Below, in pieces: positions 19,874 to 28,803 of a DNA stretch of 64,000 nucleotides. How positions within the stretch are numbered: position 1 is the stretch's first letter; each line of letters starts with the position of its first letter. Source of the DNA: an uncultured Clostridium sp. (lineage in GTDB: Bacteria; Bacillota_I; Bacilli_A; RF39; UBA660); NCBI GenBank assembly GCA_902493795.1, contig CABUQZ010000001.1:38697-102696 (forward strand). Reading direction: 5' to 3'. The notes beneath the pieces are model-generated. The model had not been told where the DNA came from. It made no database searches and saw nothing but the letters and a program-made list of their open reading frames with translations. Both the position numbers and the translations under genes were made by a program.

Positions 19874-20560
19874 TTATTTTCGCACATTAATAAAGTGCAT
19901 GAATAAACTCTTTGACTCTTCATCTTCTAATGTTTCTGGATGCCACTGAACTCCAATTACAAACTTTTTATCTTTCATTTCAATTGCTTCAATGTAATTA
20001 TCATCGCTAAATGCCACCGAATCAAAATAAGGATTTGGCAAGGCATGATAGTTATGCCTACTATTAACCACTAATCTACTAGATTTAACTATCGAAAACA
20101 ATTTACTTTTTTCATCTATAGACACATAATGAGCATGTTTATCAGCTGTATTATGTATTATCGAACTAGTATTTTTTTCATTCCATACTTTTTCCTTCTT
20201 ATAGTTAGATAATACCTGCATACCTAAACAAATACCTAATGTTGGAATATCATTTTCTATTACGTACTCAGCAATAAATCTATCAAATTTATTAATTTTA
20301 TTACCACCCGGAAGAACTATTCCATCACACAAGTTAATTTGACTAATCAGCATTTCTTTTTCGTCTATTGAAAGTTCTTCTTGATCATTATACTTAACTT
20401 CCAAATAATTTATATTTTGAGGAGGCATTATCATTATTGGAATTCCACCACACTCTATTATTTTTTTTCTATACCCCTCATTCACACTTGTTCTAACAAC
20501 CCCATCTAATTCTATAACTCTTGCAACAACACCTATCATCGGTTTCATACTATCACCCAA
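19874..20560 (-). CDS. Class I glutamine amidotransferase-like hydrolase (peptidase C26 / gamma-glutamyl hydrolase family)
   Basis: GICLGMQ ... GVQWHPE. Confidence 0.75.
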   Translation of the reverse strand: MGDSMKPMIGVVARVIELDGVVRTSVNEGYRKKIIECGGIPIMIMPPQNINYLEVKYNDQEELSIDEKEMLISQINLCDGIVLPGGNKINKFDRFIAEYVIENDIPTLGICLGMQVLSNYKKEKVWNEKNTSSIIHNTADKHAHYVSIDEKSKLFSIVKSSRLVVNSRHNYHALPNPYFDSVAFSDDNYIEAIEMKDKKFVIGVQWHPETLEDEESKSLFMHFINVRK

Positions 20561-20596
20561 ATTTATTATAAAATAAAAGAGGTTAAAAATAAACCT

Positions 20597-21694
20597 CTAA
20601 ACATTAAATCTAAAATAACAAATATCTCCATCTTGCATTAAATAATCTTTTCCTTCAAGACGAGTTTTACCAGCTTCCTTTACCTTTAATTCACTACCAT
20701 ATTGATCTAAATCTTCATAAGACATTATTTCAGCTTTGATAAATCCTTTTTCAAAATCAGTATGTATTATTCCAGCACACTCTTTAGCATTCATTCCTTT
20801 TTTGAATGTCCAAGCCCTTACTTCATCAGGTCCACCTGTGAAATATGTTGCAAGTCCTAACAAATCATATGTAGCTTTTACTAATTGATCAAGACCACTT
20901 TCTTTTATCCCTACAGAAAGAAGCATCTCTTTTTTATCTTCATCAGATAAATCACTTAAATCAGCTTCCATCTTAGCGCATGCTTTAACAACTTTTGAAT
21001 TTTCTTTTTCAGCATATTCTTTTACGCTTTTAACATATTGGTTATCTTCAGTTAATTCACTTTCTTTAACATTTGCTAAATAAATAATTGGTTTCATTGT
21101 AAGTAAATTAAATGATTTTAAAAATGGTAATTCATCTTTAGTAAACTCTACTCTTCTAAGTGCTACACCTTTTTCAAGATTTTCTTTAACTTTCTTTAAT
21201 ACATTTAATTCTTCTAAAGCTTCTTTATCTCTATTTGTTTCAGCTTTCTTTTTTATTTTATCTATTCTTGAATTAATTATTTCTAAGTCAGATAAAGATA
21301 ACTCAAGGTTAATAACTTCTATATCGCTTACTGGATCTATTTTACTTTCAACATGGATTATATTGTTATCATCAAAGCATCTAACTACTTCAACTATTGC
21401 ATCAACTTCTCTTATATGTGATAAGAATTTATTTCCTAATCCTTCACCCTCTGATGCTCCTTTTACAAGTCCTGCAATATCAGTAAACTCATAAGCTGTT
21501 GGTATTGTCCTAGCCGGATTATAAATTTCTGTTAATCTATCTAGCCTATCATCTTTTACTACAACAACTCCAACATTAGGTTCTATTGTAGCAAAAGGAT
21601 AATTTGCTGCTAAAATATTTTGTTTTGTAATTGCATTAAATAGTGTTGACTTTCCAACATTAGGAAGTCCAACAATTCCTGCTTTTAATCCCAT
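20597..21694 (-). CDS. ychF: Ribosome-binding ATPase YchF
   Basis: MGLKAGIVGLPNVGKSTLFNAIT; C-terminal TGS domain. Confidence 0.95.
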   Translation of the reverse strand: MGLKAGIVGLPNVGKSTLFNAITKQNILAANYPFATIEPNVGVVVVKDDRLDRLTEIYNPARTIPTAYEFTDIAGLVKGASEGEGLGNKFLSHIREVDAIVEVVRCFDDNNIIHVESKIDPVSDIEVINLELSLSDLEIINSRIDKIKKKAETNRDKEALEELNVLKKVKENLEKGVALRRVEFTKDELPFLKSFNLLTMKPIIYLANVKESELTEDNQYVKSVKEYAEKENSKVVKACAKMEADLSDLSDEDKKEMLLSVGIKESGLDQLVKATYDLLGLATYFTGGPDEVRAWTFKKGMNAKECAGIIHTDFEKGFIKAEIMSYEDLDQYGSELKVKEAGKTRLEGKDYLMQDGDICYFRFNV

Positions 21695-21706
21695 TTAAAC
21701 CACTCC

Positions 21707-23302
21707 TTATAACATTGGTGAAACATCTGGACCAATAGGTATTCCAATAACATAAGTTAAAATTACTATTAATAACCAAGCAATACTTATTATAAAACAA
21801 TAAGGTGATATATAAGATAATGCTTTCTTTATTGATATTGGTTCTTTCTCAGTATTATACACATTAAGATATCCTAAGTAAATAACAAAATAAGCCAAAA
21901 GTGGAGTAATACCCTTAGTCATTGAATCTCCAACTCTAAATAAGAATTGAGCAAACTGAGGAGAAACATTATTTTGCATTAAAAGTGGAACAGCTACTGG
22001 AGACAACAATGTCCATTTTGCTGTTGGTGTAGTAATAAATAGACTTGATAATGCAATTAGTAAAACAACAGCTATTATTAAAGGAAGTCCACTAAATGGA
22101 ATATCTTTAATAATATTTGATATAATTGCAACAATAAGTGTTCCAATATTTGTTTTTTTGAAGATAGCAATAAACTGAGCTGCAAAGAAAATCATTACTA
22201 CAAGATACCCAACATCTTTTAAGTAAAGTGATGATTTCTCAACTATTTCTTTATCACTTTTAATTGTTTTAGCACCTATTCCATATGCTATTCCTATAAC
22301 TAAAAATAACATTGAAATTAAATATGTAAATCCATCCTGGAAATAAGCATTTTCACCAAATAATTGATAAATATATGCTTCTTCATTCATATCAAGAAGA
22401 AGACCACTACCAGGAAGACCAGGTATCAACATATATACAAAGGCAAGAATAAATACTATAAGTGCAATTAATGCATATCTTAATCCTCTTTTTTCTCTTA
22501 TTTCTTGCTCTAATTTCTTTTGTTGTTCTTCTTCAACATCTTCTATTAAAATCTCTTTTGTCTCGTCACTTGCCTCAGCAACAGATAAACGATATCTTCC
22601 AATTCTTTTTGCAACAATTGATTCTATTATATAGGTTCCAACAATAGATAATACAACTGATGAAATAATAATTATAAATAAATTACTTAGTAAACTTACA
22701 TGAAAAGTTGGATCAACTATACGAGCAGCCTTTTCAGTGTAATTAACCAAATTCATTTCCATACTTCCTGCAAATATAGTAGCTCCATATCCAAAGGCAA
22801 CACCACAAAAGCTTGCTGTTATTCCTAATAATGGATTTCTTCTATTTGCAAGAAATATCAAAGCAGAAAGTGGTATTAAAATAACATAACCAACTTCATT
22901 TATTATACTAGAGATAGTTGCTATAAATATAATGAAAAATGTTAATGTTTTATTATTAATTTTTAAAGTTACTCTTTTTATAAAAGTATCAATAAGTCCA
23001 CTAGCATGTGCAACAGATAAGCCAATTAGACCTATCAGTAAAGTACTAAGTGGAGCAAAAGATATAAAATTCTTTGCAGCATTACTTATTAAAAACTTAA
23101 AGCCTTCAAAATTAAACAGTCCATCAACGGATACAACCACATTTTCTAGTGTACCAGACGAACTTATTCTTGAATATGTACTTTGAACGTCAAAGAAAGA
23201 TAATATTGAGCTAACTAGCATAACTAAAAAAGTTAGTACTATAAACGTGGTAATTGGATGCAATGTGATCTTTTTTAAACGAAACTTTTTCTTACTTTTC
23301 AT
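21707..23302 (-). CDS. AbgT-family-like (IT superfamily) membrane transporter
   Basis: 531 aa polytopic protein whose N-terminus resembles AbgT (..ITLHPITTFIVLTFLVMLVSSIL..). Confidence 0.4.
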   Translation of the reverse strand: MKSKKKFRLKKITLHPITTFIVLTFLVMLVSSILSFFDVQSTYSRISSSGTLENVVVSVDGLFNFEGFKFLISNAAKNFISFAPLSTLLIGLIGLSVAHASGLIDTFIKRVTLKINNKTLTFFIIFIATISSIINEVGYVILIPLSALIFLANRRNPLLGITASFCGVAFGYGATIFAGSMEMNLVNYTEKAARIVDPTFHVSLLSNLFIIIISSVVLSIVGTYIIESIVAKRIGRYRLSVAEASDETKEILIEDVEEEQQKKLEQEIREKRGLRYALIALIVFILAFVYMLIPGLPGSGLLLDMNEEAYIYQLFGENAYFQDGFTYLISMLFLVIGIAYGIGAKTIKSDKEIVEKSSLYLKDVGYLVVMIFFAAQFIAIFKKTNIGTLIVAIISNIIKDIPFSGLPLIIAVVLLIALSSLFITTPTAKWTLLSPVAVPLLMQNNVSPQFAQFLFRVGDSMTKGITPLLAYFVIYLGYLNVYNTEKEPISIKKALSYISPYCFIISIAWLLIVILTYVIGIPIGPDVSPML

Positions 23303-23309
23303 AAAGCAC

Positions 23310-23495
23310 CTACTTAATTATTTTTTTCAACTTCTTGTTAAAATCTACTCTAGGCATCATAACGACTCTTGAACAGCCAGTACATTTTAGTTTAATATCT
23401 GCACCAACTCTAATTACTTCCCATTCATTAGTACCACATGGATGTCCTTTTTTCATTTCAACTAAAGTTCCTAATTCAACTTTTTTGTCGTCCAT
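23310..23495 (-). CDS. DUF951-family small protein (YyzM-like)
   Basis: 61 aa, CxxC pair, located between ychF and parB as in Bacillus. Confidence 0.7.
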   Translation of the reverse strand: MDDKKVELGTLVEMKKGHPCGTNEWEVIRVGADIKLKCTGCSRVVMMPRVDFNKKLKKIIK

Positions 23496-23498
23496 ACT

Positions 23499-24392
23499 TT
23501 ACTCACTTATATTTAGTATTTCTAAAATTCTATTTAAATCATTTACATTGCTAAAAGAAATACTAATTTTATTAGAATTTATCTTTACTTTCGTTCCTAA
23601 CTTATCGCACATTACATTTTGAATATATTCATAATCATTATTTTTTGTTGTTTTTATTTTATGAGACTTTTCAATATTTCCTGTTTTAGAAACATTTTCA
23701 ATATCTCTAACGTTTAAGTTTTCATCAATAATTTTATTAGCTAAAGCCAAAATATCTTCTTTGTTTTCCATCTTACTAAGAACTCTTGCATGACTCATAG
23801 ATATTTTATTATCGATAATCATATCTTTAACTTCTTCAGGCAAATTTAAAAGTCCTAGCATATTAGTAATATAACTTCTACTTTTTCCTAGTCTGTTTGC
23901 TAGTTCTTCTTGAGTTATTTTCATAGCATCGATCAAACTTCTATATGCCATTGCTTCTTCTATTGAGTTTAAATTTTCTCTTTGCAAGTTTTCAAGCAAA
24001 GCAATTTCCATCATTTGTTGATCTGAAAAATCCCTTACGATAGCAGGTATTTTATCAATTTCTGCCATTTTACATGCTTTAACTCTTCTTTCACCCGCTA
24101 TTATTTCGTATCCCTTAATAGAACTTTTCTTAACTATTATTGGTTGAAATACTCCATGTTCTTTTATTGACTGAGCAAGTTCTTGAAGTTTTTCTTCATC
24201 AAAAACTTTTCTAGGTTGATATGGATTTGGTCTTAACTCATCAATTGGTAATTCTACTATTTCATCAACTGAAGTAGAATCAAGTATTTTTTCTTCAATT
24301 TGGTCAAAATTAATCTGTTCATTATTAAATAATTCTTCTAACCCTTTTCCAAGAGCTCTTCTTTTAAAATTACTATTGTCCATTTCTCTCAA
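23499..24392 (-). CDS. parB: Chromosome partitioning protein ParB/Spo0J
   Basis: LPIDELRPNPYQPRKVFDEEKLQELAQSIKEHGVFQPIIVKK...GYEIIAGERRVKA. Confidence 0.9.
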   Translation of the reverse strand: MREMDNSNFKRRALGKGLEELFNNEQINFDQIEEKILDSTSVDEIVELPIDELRPNPYQPRKVFDEEKLQELAQSIKEHGVFQPIIVKKSSIKGYEIIAGERRVKACKMAEIDKIPAIVRDFSDQQMMEIALLENLQRENLNSIEEAMAYRSLIDAMKITQEELANRLGKSRSYITNMLGLLNLPEEVKDMIIDNKISMSHARVLSKMENKEDILALANKIIDENLNVRDIENVSKTGNIEKSHKIKTTKNNDYEYIQNVMCDKLGTKVKINSNKISISFSNVNDLNRILEILNISE

Positions 24393-25158
24393 TCACTTCC
24401 TTAGCTAGATTTATATAGGCATCTGTTGCTCTACATTTTGGATCATAAGCAAGTATTGGTTTTCCATGTGAAGGACATTCAGCAAGTCTTACCAATCTTG
24501 GTATTATTGTATTATATACTCTTTCTTTAAAATACTTTCTAATTTCTTCAACGACTTCGAATCCTAAATTAGCTCTTGAATCAAGCATTGTAAGTAAAAC
24601 ACCTTCTATTTCCAAACTAGGATTCAATTGTTTTTGAGCCATCATAATTGTATTTAATAATTGCATTATTCCTTCAAGTGCTAAAAATTCACACTGAACC
24701 GGAATAATAACTGAATTAGAAGCTGTTAAAGCATTTATTGTAATAATACTTAAAGTTGGTGGACAATCAACTATTATATAATCATATTTATCTCTTATTG
24801 GATCTATTTTATTTTTTAATTGTGCACCCTTAACAAAATTAGGTTCTTCTTTAGATTTTTCAAAGAATTCCGTCTCTAATCCGCTTAAATTAACTGTAGC
24901 AGCAAGAAGATCTAGTCTATTATACTTCGTATGAATTATTGCTTCATCAATATTGCATTTTCCAATTAATACATCATATATTGTTCTATCTATATCACCC
25001 TTGTTCATACCAATTCCAGTTGTCGAATTACCTTGTGGGTCTAAATCTATAAGTAAAACTTTCTTACCTAAATAAGCTAAAGATGCAGATAAATTAATAC
25101 TAGTAGTAGTCTTTCCAACTCCACCTTTTTGATTAACAAGAGAAATCATTTTTCCCAT
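24373..25158 (-). CDS. parA: Chromosome partitioning ATPase ParA/Soj
   Basis: Deviant Walker A NQKGGVGKTTTSINLSA. Confidence 0.95.
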   Translation of the reverse strand: MGKMISLVNQKGGVGKTTTSINLSASLAYLGKKVLLIDLDPQGNSTTGIGMNKGDIDRTIYDVLIGKCNIDEAIIHTKYNRLDLLAATVNLSGLETEFFEKSKEEPNFVKGAQLKNKIDPIRDKYDYIIVDCPPTLSIITINALTASNSVIIPVQCEFLALEGIMQLLNTIMMAQKQLNPSLEIEGVLLTMLDSRANLGFEVVEEIRKYFKERVYNTIIPRLVRLAECPSHGKPILAYDPKCRATDAYINLAKEVIERNGQ

Positions 25159-25223
25159 CTACATCGCCTTCCTTATAACACATATACTATTTTATCAAAA
25201 ATTAAACGATTAATAAATAACTT

Positions 25224-25252
25224 TTAAAAAAAAGAAAGCATAACGCTTTCTT
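25224..25252 (-). terminator. Rho-independent terminator after noc
   Basis: gaaagcgttatgctttc followed by a T-run on the minus strand. Confidence 0.6.
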
Positions 25253-25258
25253 CTTGCA

Positions 25259-26617
25259 TTATTTTTGTAAATTAATAGTTATCTTGTAACTAGAGTCACT
25301 ATCTGCTTCTTCAAAGCTAACTTTATATCCTTTACCTTCAAGTGAAGTAATTGCATTTTTTATATCAGCAATTGCAGGAGTTAAATCAGCTTTAGTTGGA
25401 ACAGCAATTCCAACAGATCCAATAGAACTAGCAACATTTACTGGTTCTTTAGCTATATTTGAGTTAAAAAATTGATCAAAATTATTAGTAGTTGGTGGTG
25501 GAGCTAAAGTAGAAGCTGTCGTTGTTTGCAAAGGAGATGTTGTAGTTTGTTCTTTATTTGCTGTTTGATTAAAACCAAACGTTGGAACAAATTTAAATCC
25601 ATCATTTTGTGGCTCAGTTGTATCTTTCATAAGATCTTTTACATCAACTGTTTCTGGTTTTATTCCACCTATATCAACAGAATTTTCTCTTATTTTATTT
25701 ATATCTATTGTTGTAGGATTATTTTGAGTTATAGGAGCACTTGTTTCTTTTACAGGTTCAGTTTCAGGCTCTGTAGATGAAGGTATTCCAAAATTAGCTA
25801 AATTAAATTGAGGTGCTGTTGTAGATTGTTCACTTGGTAACGAACTAACACTACCAATAGCTTGATTTTGAACATTTCCCACTATATCATTAGCTGTTAA
25901 CATATTATTAATTCCTATCTGGTTATTCATAGTAGCACCACCCTCAACTGTTCCACTTGGATTTACATTATCTGTTCCAGGTTTACTATCATTTATTAAC
26001 TTAATTTCTTTATCTAAATCTCTAACAGTCATCTTTTCATCAATGATTCTATTTAACATTTTTATTTGGTCATTTTTATCTTGAAGATTCAATAAGCTTC
26101 TTGCATGACGTTCAGAAATTTTCGTTTTTAACAAAGCATCTTGTACTTCATCTGGAAGAGCAAGCAATCTTAATTTATTAGATACAGAAGACTGTGTTTT
26201 ACCCATCGTTGCAGCAAGTTGCTCTTGAGTCATATTATCCTCAAGTTCTAGTATTTTTTGGTAAGTTCTTGCTTCTTCAATAGGAGTTAAATCCCTTCTT
26301 TGTAAGTTTTCAATTAATGCAACCTTAGAACTTTCTTTATCATCTAAATTTTTTACTATAGCAGGTATTTTAGTAAGTCCTGCCATAGTAGAAGCCTTAT
26401 ATCTACGTTCTCCTGCTATTATCTCATACTTATTATCAACTTTTCTAACAATAATGGGCTGAATAACCCCATGTTCCTTAATTGAAACAGCAAGTTCCTT
26501 TAATGCTTGATCATCAAAAACTTCTCTTGGCTGAAATCTATTAGGAATAATATCATCTAAATATAATGAAACTACTTCACTATTACCATCCATAACTAAC
26601 ACCCTCTTCTTATACAC
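25259..26617 (-). CDS. noc: Nucleoid occlusion protein Noc (ParB paralog) with a long low-complexity C-terminal extension
   Basis: IPNRFQPREVFDD..GVIQPIIVRK..EIIAGERRYKAS..KISERHARSLL matches Noc/ParB. Residues 230-415 are a T/P/Q/N-rich disordered tract, followed by a short C-terminal domain. Confidence 0.75.
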   Translation of the reverse strand: MYKKRVLVMDGNSEVVSLYLDDIIPNRFQPREVFDDQALKELAVSIKEHGVIQPIIVRKVDNKYEIIAGERRYKASTMAGLTKIPAIVKNLDDKESSKVALIENLQRRDLTPIEEARTYQKILELEDNMTQEQLAATMGKTQSSVSNKLRLLALPDEVQDALLKTKISERHARSLLNLQDKNDQIKMLNRIIDEKMTVRDLDKEIKLINDSKPGTDNVNPSGTVEGGATMNNQIGINNMLTANDIVGNVQNQAIGSVSSLPSEQSTTAPQFNLANFGIPSSTEPETEPVKETSAPITQNNPTTIDINKIRENSVDIGGIKPETVDVKDLMKDTTEPQNDGFKFVPTFGFNQTANKEQTTTSPLQTTTASTLAPPPTTNNFDQFFNSNIAKEPVNVASSIGSVGIAVPTKADLTPAIADIKNAITSLEGKGYKVSFEEADSDSSYKITINLQK

Positions 26618-26667
26618 CTTACTATAACATTATAAAATAAAACAATAAAAAATTAAAGTATTTTATT

Positions 26668-26702
26668 AAAAAAGTGTGATTATATTAATCACACTAATTA
26701 AT
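26668..26702 (-). terminator. Rho-independent terminator after the pilin-like gene
   Basis: AGTGTGATTA-ATATA-ATCACACT followed by a T-run on the minus strand. Confidence 0.6.
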
Positions 26703-26707
26703 TTATA

Positions 26708-28030
26708 TTATTTTAATTCTGGAACTGCATTTGTATCAGACGTTTCTACTCTTAAGAATCCATCATATTCTGCTGTTTCTCCAGGAGACAACGTTCTTCT
26801 TGTAGTATCATATTCAGATGGATAAAACGTATACTCATTATTATTTTTTACATACATTAATGGATTATAAGAATAAGCATTTTTAAACTCAGGAGGTGCT
26901 ACTAAAACAAATGACCAGTCTTTAACATCAGTAGAAGAAGTATTAGTAACATAAACATTATAATCTTCTACATAAGAGCTTCCTCCAGCTGTATAATAAC
27001 TTTTTCTTTCTAATCTAACTTTTAATGTAGGAAGTTCAGCATACATATCATTTGAATCTCCAACTACACCACCATGTGATGTTCCTTCATGAGTACCATC
27101 GATAAGTTCAACATATTGAATATTACCATTTTTCAATATAAACTCTTTGTCTTTAGGGAACTTAATTTGGAATCCACTATTGAAATTGCTATGTGATGCA
27201 TTTAAATAGTTCCATGTAGATTGAGATGGATTTCCTATAACTTTTAATTTAGTTCCATTTAATTCAAGCTTTACTAAGCTTTGATCAAATCCAGGATTAT
27301 CTAGAATTGTTCCTTCTGGTACATCAAAAGTTGCATCAAATGACTTAATTGTCGACAAGTTACCAATATTTGTAACATCAATTGCAGCATTATAACAAAC
27401 TTTATAATCACCTTGAATACTACATCTATCTAAACGAACATCTATTTTTAATTTCAAGTCTTTATAAATCCATGTAATGTTATCTGTTGTTGTTGTAGTA
27501 GTAATATTTTGTTCAATTGTTTCTTTAGATGTACAGTTTGCATTATATACGACAACATGTTCTTTCCCCTCGATTGATTGAATCTTAACATCTGATATAG
27601 ATAATCCAGCTTCAATTAAATCGGCATCCAAATCATCGTATTTTGTTAAATCTTTAATTCCTTGTCCTGTTTCATCAACACTTGTCCAATAATAATCATA
27701 TCCATTACCATTGTAAGTAACAACTATATAGGCACTGACGAAATCACCATATGGTGAAACTGGTTTATCTCCGTTTTCAAGGTTAATACAAGAAGATGGA
27801 ATGTAATAAGTAACTGAGGAATCGTATGCTTCTAACTTACCGCTATTAACTAAAACTCTAGCACCGCCAATAACTTGTTTTGCTGTATCGACATATGCAT
27901 TTTTCCTTGAACTAGAGATATATGAAGTAACACTAGGAATTGCAATTATCATCAATATACCCAATATGATAATAACTGCTAATAATTCAATTAAAGTAAA
28001 CCCTTTCTTATTCTTTTTTTTCATTTTCAT
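26708..28030 (-). CDS. Type IV prepilin-like protein (N-terminal methylation motif) with a large C-terminal extension containing two repeated beta-rich modules
   Basis: Class III signal KKGFTLIELLAVIIILGIL. The C-terminal half has two modules of about 90 aa sharing VTN..G...W / GF motifs, reminiscent of carbohydrate-binding or Ig-like domains. Confidence 0.7.
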   Translation of the reverse strand: MKMKKKNKKGFTLIELLAVIIILGILMIIAIPSVTSYISSSRKNAYVDTAKQVIGGARVLVNSGKLEAYDSSVTYYIPSSCINLENGDKPVSPYGDFVSAYIVVTYNGNGYDYYWTSVDETGQGIKDLTKYDDLDADLIEAGLSISDVKIQSIEGKEHVVVYNANCTSKETIEQNITTTTTTDNITWIYKDLKLKIDVRLDRCSIQGDYKVCYNAAIDVTNIGNLSTIKSFDATFDVPEGTILDNPGFDQSLVKLELNGTKLKVIGNPSQSTWNYLNASHSNFNSGFQIKFPKDKEFILKNGNIQYVELIDGTHEGTSHGGVVGDSNDMYAELPTLKVRLERKSYYTAGGSSYVEDYNVYVTNTSSTDVKDWSFVLVAPPEFKNAYSYNPLMYVKNNNEYTFYPSEYDTTRRTLSPGETAEYDGFLRVETSDTNAVPELK

Positions 28031-28052
28031 ATATCCTCTCTAATATAAGAAC

Positions 28053-28081
28053 ATTATAATTGATTTAATTAGCATTGTCAA
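28053..28081 (-). promoter_or_regulatory. Consensus sigma-A promoter driving the pilin-like gene (-35 TTGACA, 17 bp, -10 TATAAT)
   Basis: Perfect hexamers on the minus strand at 28076-28081 and 28053-28058. Confidence 0.6.
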
Positions 28082-28098
28082 AAAAAAGAGAATATATT

Positions 28099-28803
28099 CT
28101 ACATATATTCCTTTTTAATTACATCCACTCTTCTAGGATACTTTTTATTTGTTTTTGATACTTTTACAAGATTAATGAGTGTTCTAGCACTGTTTTCTAG
28201 TGGTAAAACAAATTTATTAACATTAACTAGTTCTAAACCCAAAGAAGATGATTTAAGTAAAAATTTATTTAATTCTTCTTCACAATTACCTTTCATAAAA
28301 ACTAAATGACCATTAATTTTAAGAGCACTCACAGATATTTCTGATATAATTCCTAAATTAGCTACTGCTCTTGCAGTTATATAGTCAAATTCTTCAACAT
28401 GTTTTTTTGAATAATCTTCCATTCTTTCGTGATATGCATCAATATCTTTTAAATTTAATTCTCTTATTACATAAAGCAAATAATTAACACGCTTTTGTAA
28501 GGAATCAATCAAAGTAATTTTAACATTAGGAAAAAATATTTTTATTACTATTCCAGGAAACCCTGCACCACTTCCAACATCACATAATCTACACTCTTTA
28601 GATAAATCGATTTCTTTACAAAGTGTTAAACTATCATAAAAATGTTTCAAGTATACATCTTTTTCTTCTGTTATAGCAGTTAGATTAATCTTTTCATTCC
28701 AATCAACTAGCATATGATAAAATCTATCAAGTAAGTTTAACTTCTCTTCTGTAACTTCTATACCTAACTTTTTAACTTCTAAAATAAACTCATCCTTATT
28801 CAT
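28099..28803 (-). CDS. rsmG: 16S rRNA (guanine527-N7)-methyltransferase RsmG (GidB)
   Basis: LCDVGSGAGFPGIVIKIFFP. Confidence 0.9.
   Translation of the reverse strand: MNKDEFILEVKKLGIEVTEEKLNLLDRFYHMLVDWNEKINLTAITEEKDVYLKHFYDSLTLCKEIDLSKECRLCDVGSGAGFPGIVIKIFFPNVKITLIDSLQKRVNYLLYVIRELNLKDIDAYHERMEDYSKKHVEEFDYITARAVANLGIISEISVSALKINGHLVFMKGNCEEELNKFLLKSSSLGLELVNVNKFVLPLENSARTLINLVKVSKTNKKYPRRVDVIKKEYM

Noticed and set aside
25259-26617. A second ParB-like gene as evidence of an integrated plasmid partition module
   Set aside because: Its sequence signature (NRFQPR...ERHARSLL) and its position directly downstream of parA-parB and upstream of rsmG are those of chromosomal Noc.
26668-26702. Perfect 10-bp-arm palindrome AGTGTGATTA..TAATCACACT as a possible operator
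   Set aside because: It is immediately followed by a T-run on the coding (minus) strand right after the pilin-like gene's stop. An intrinsic terminator is the simpler reading.
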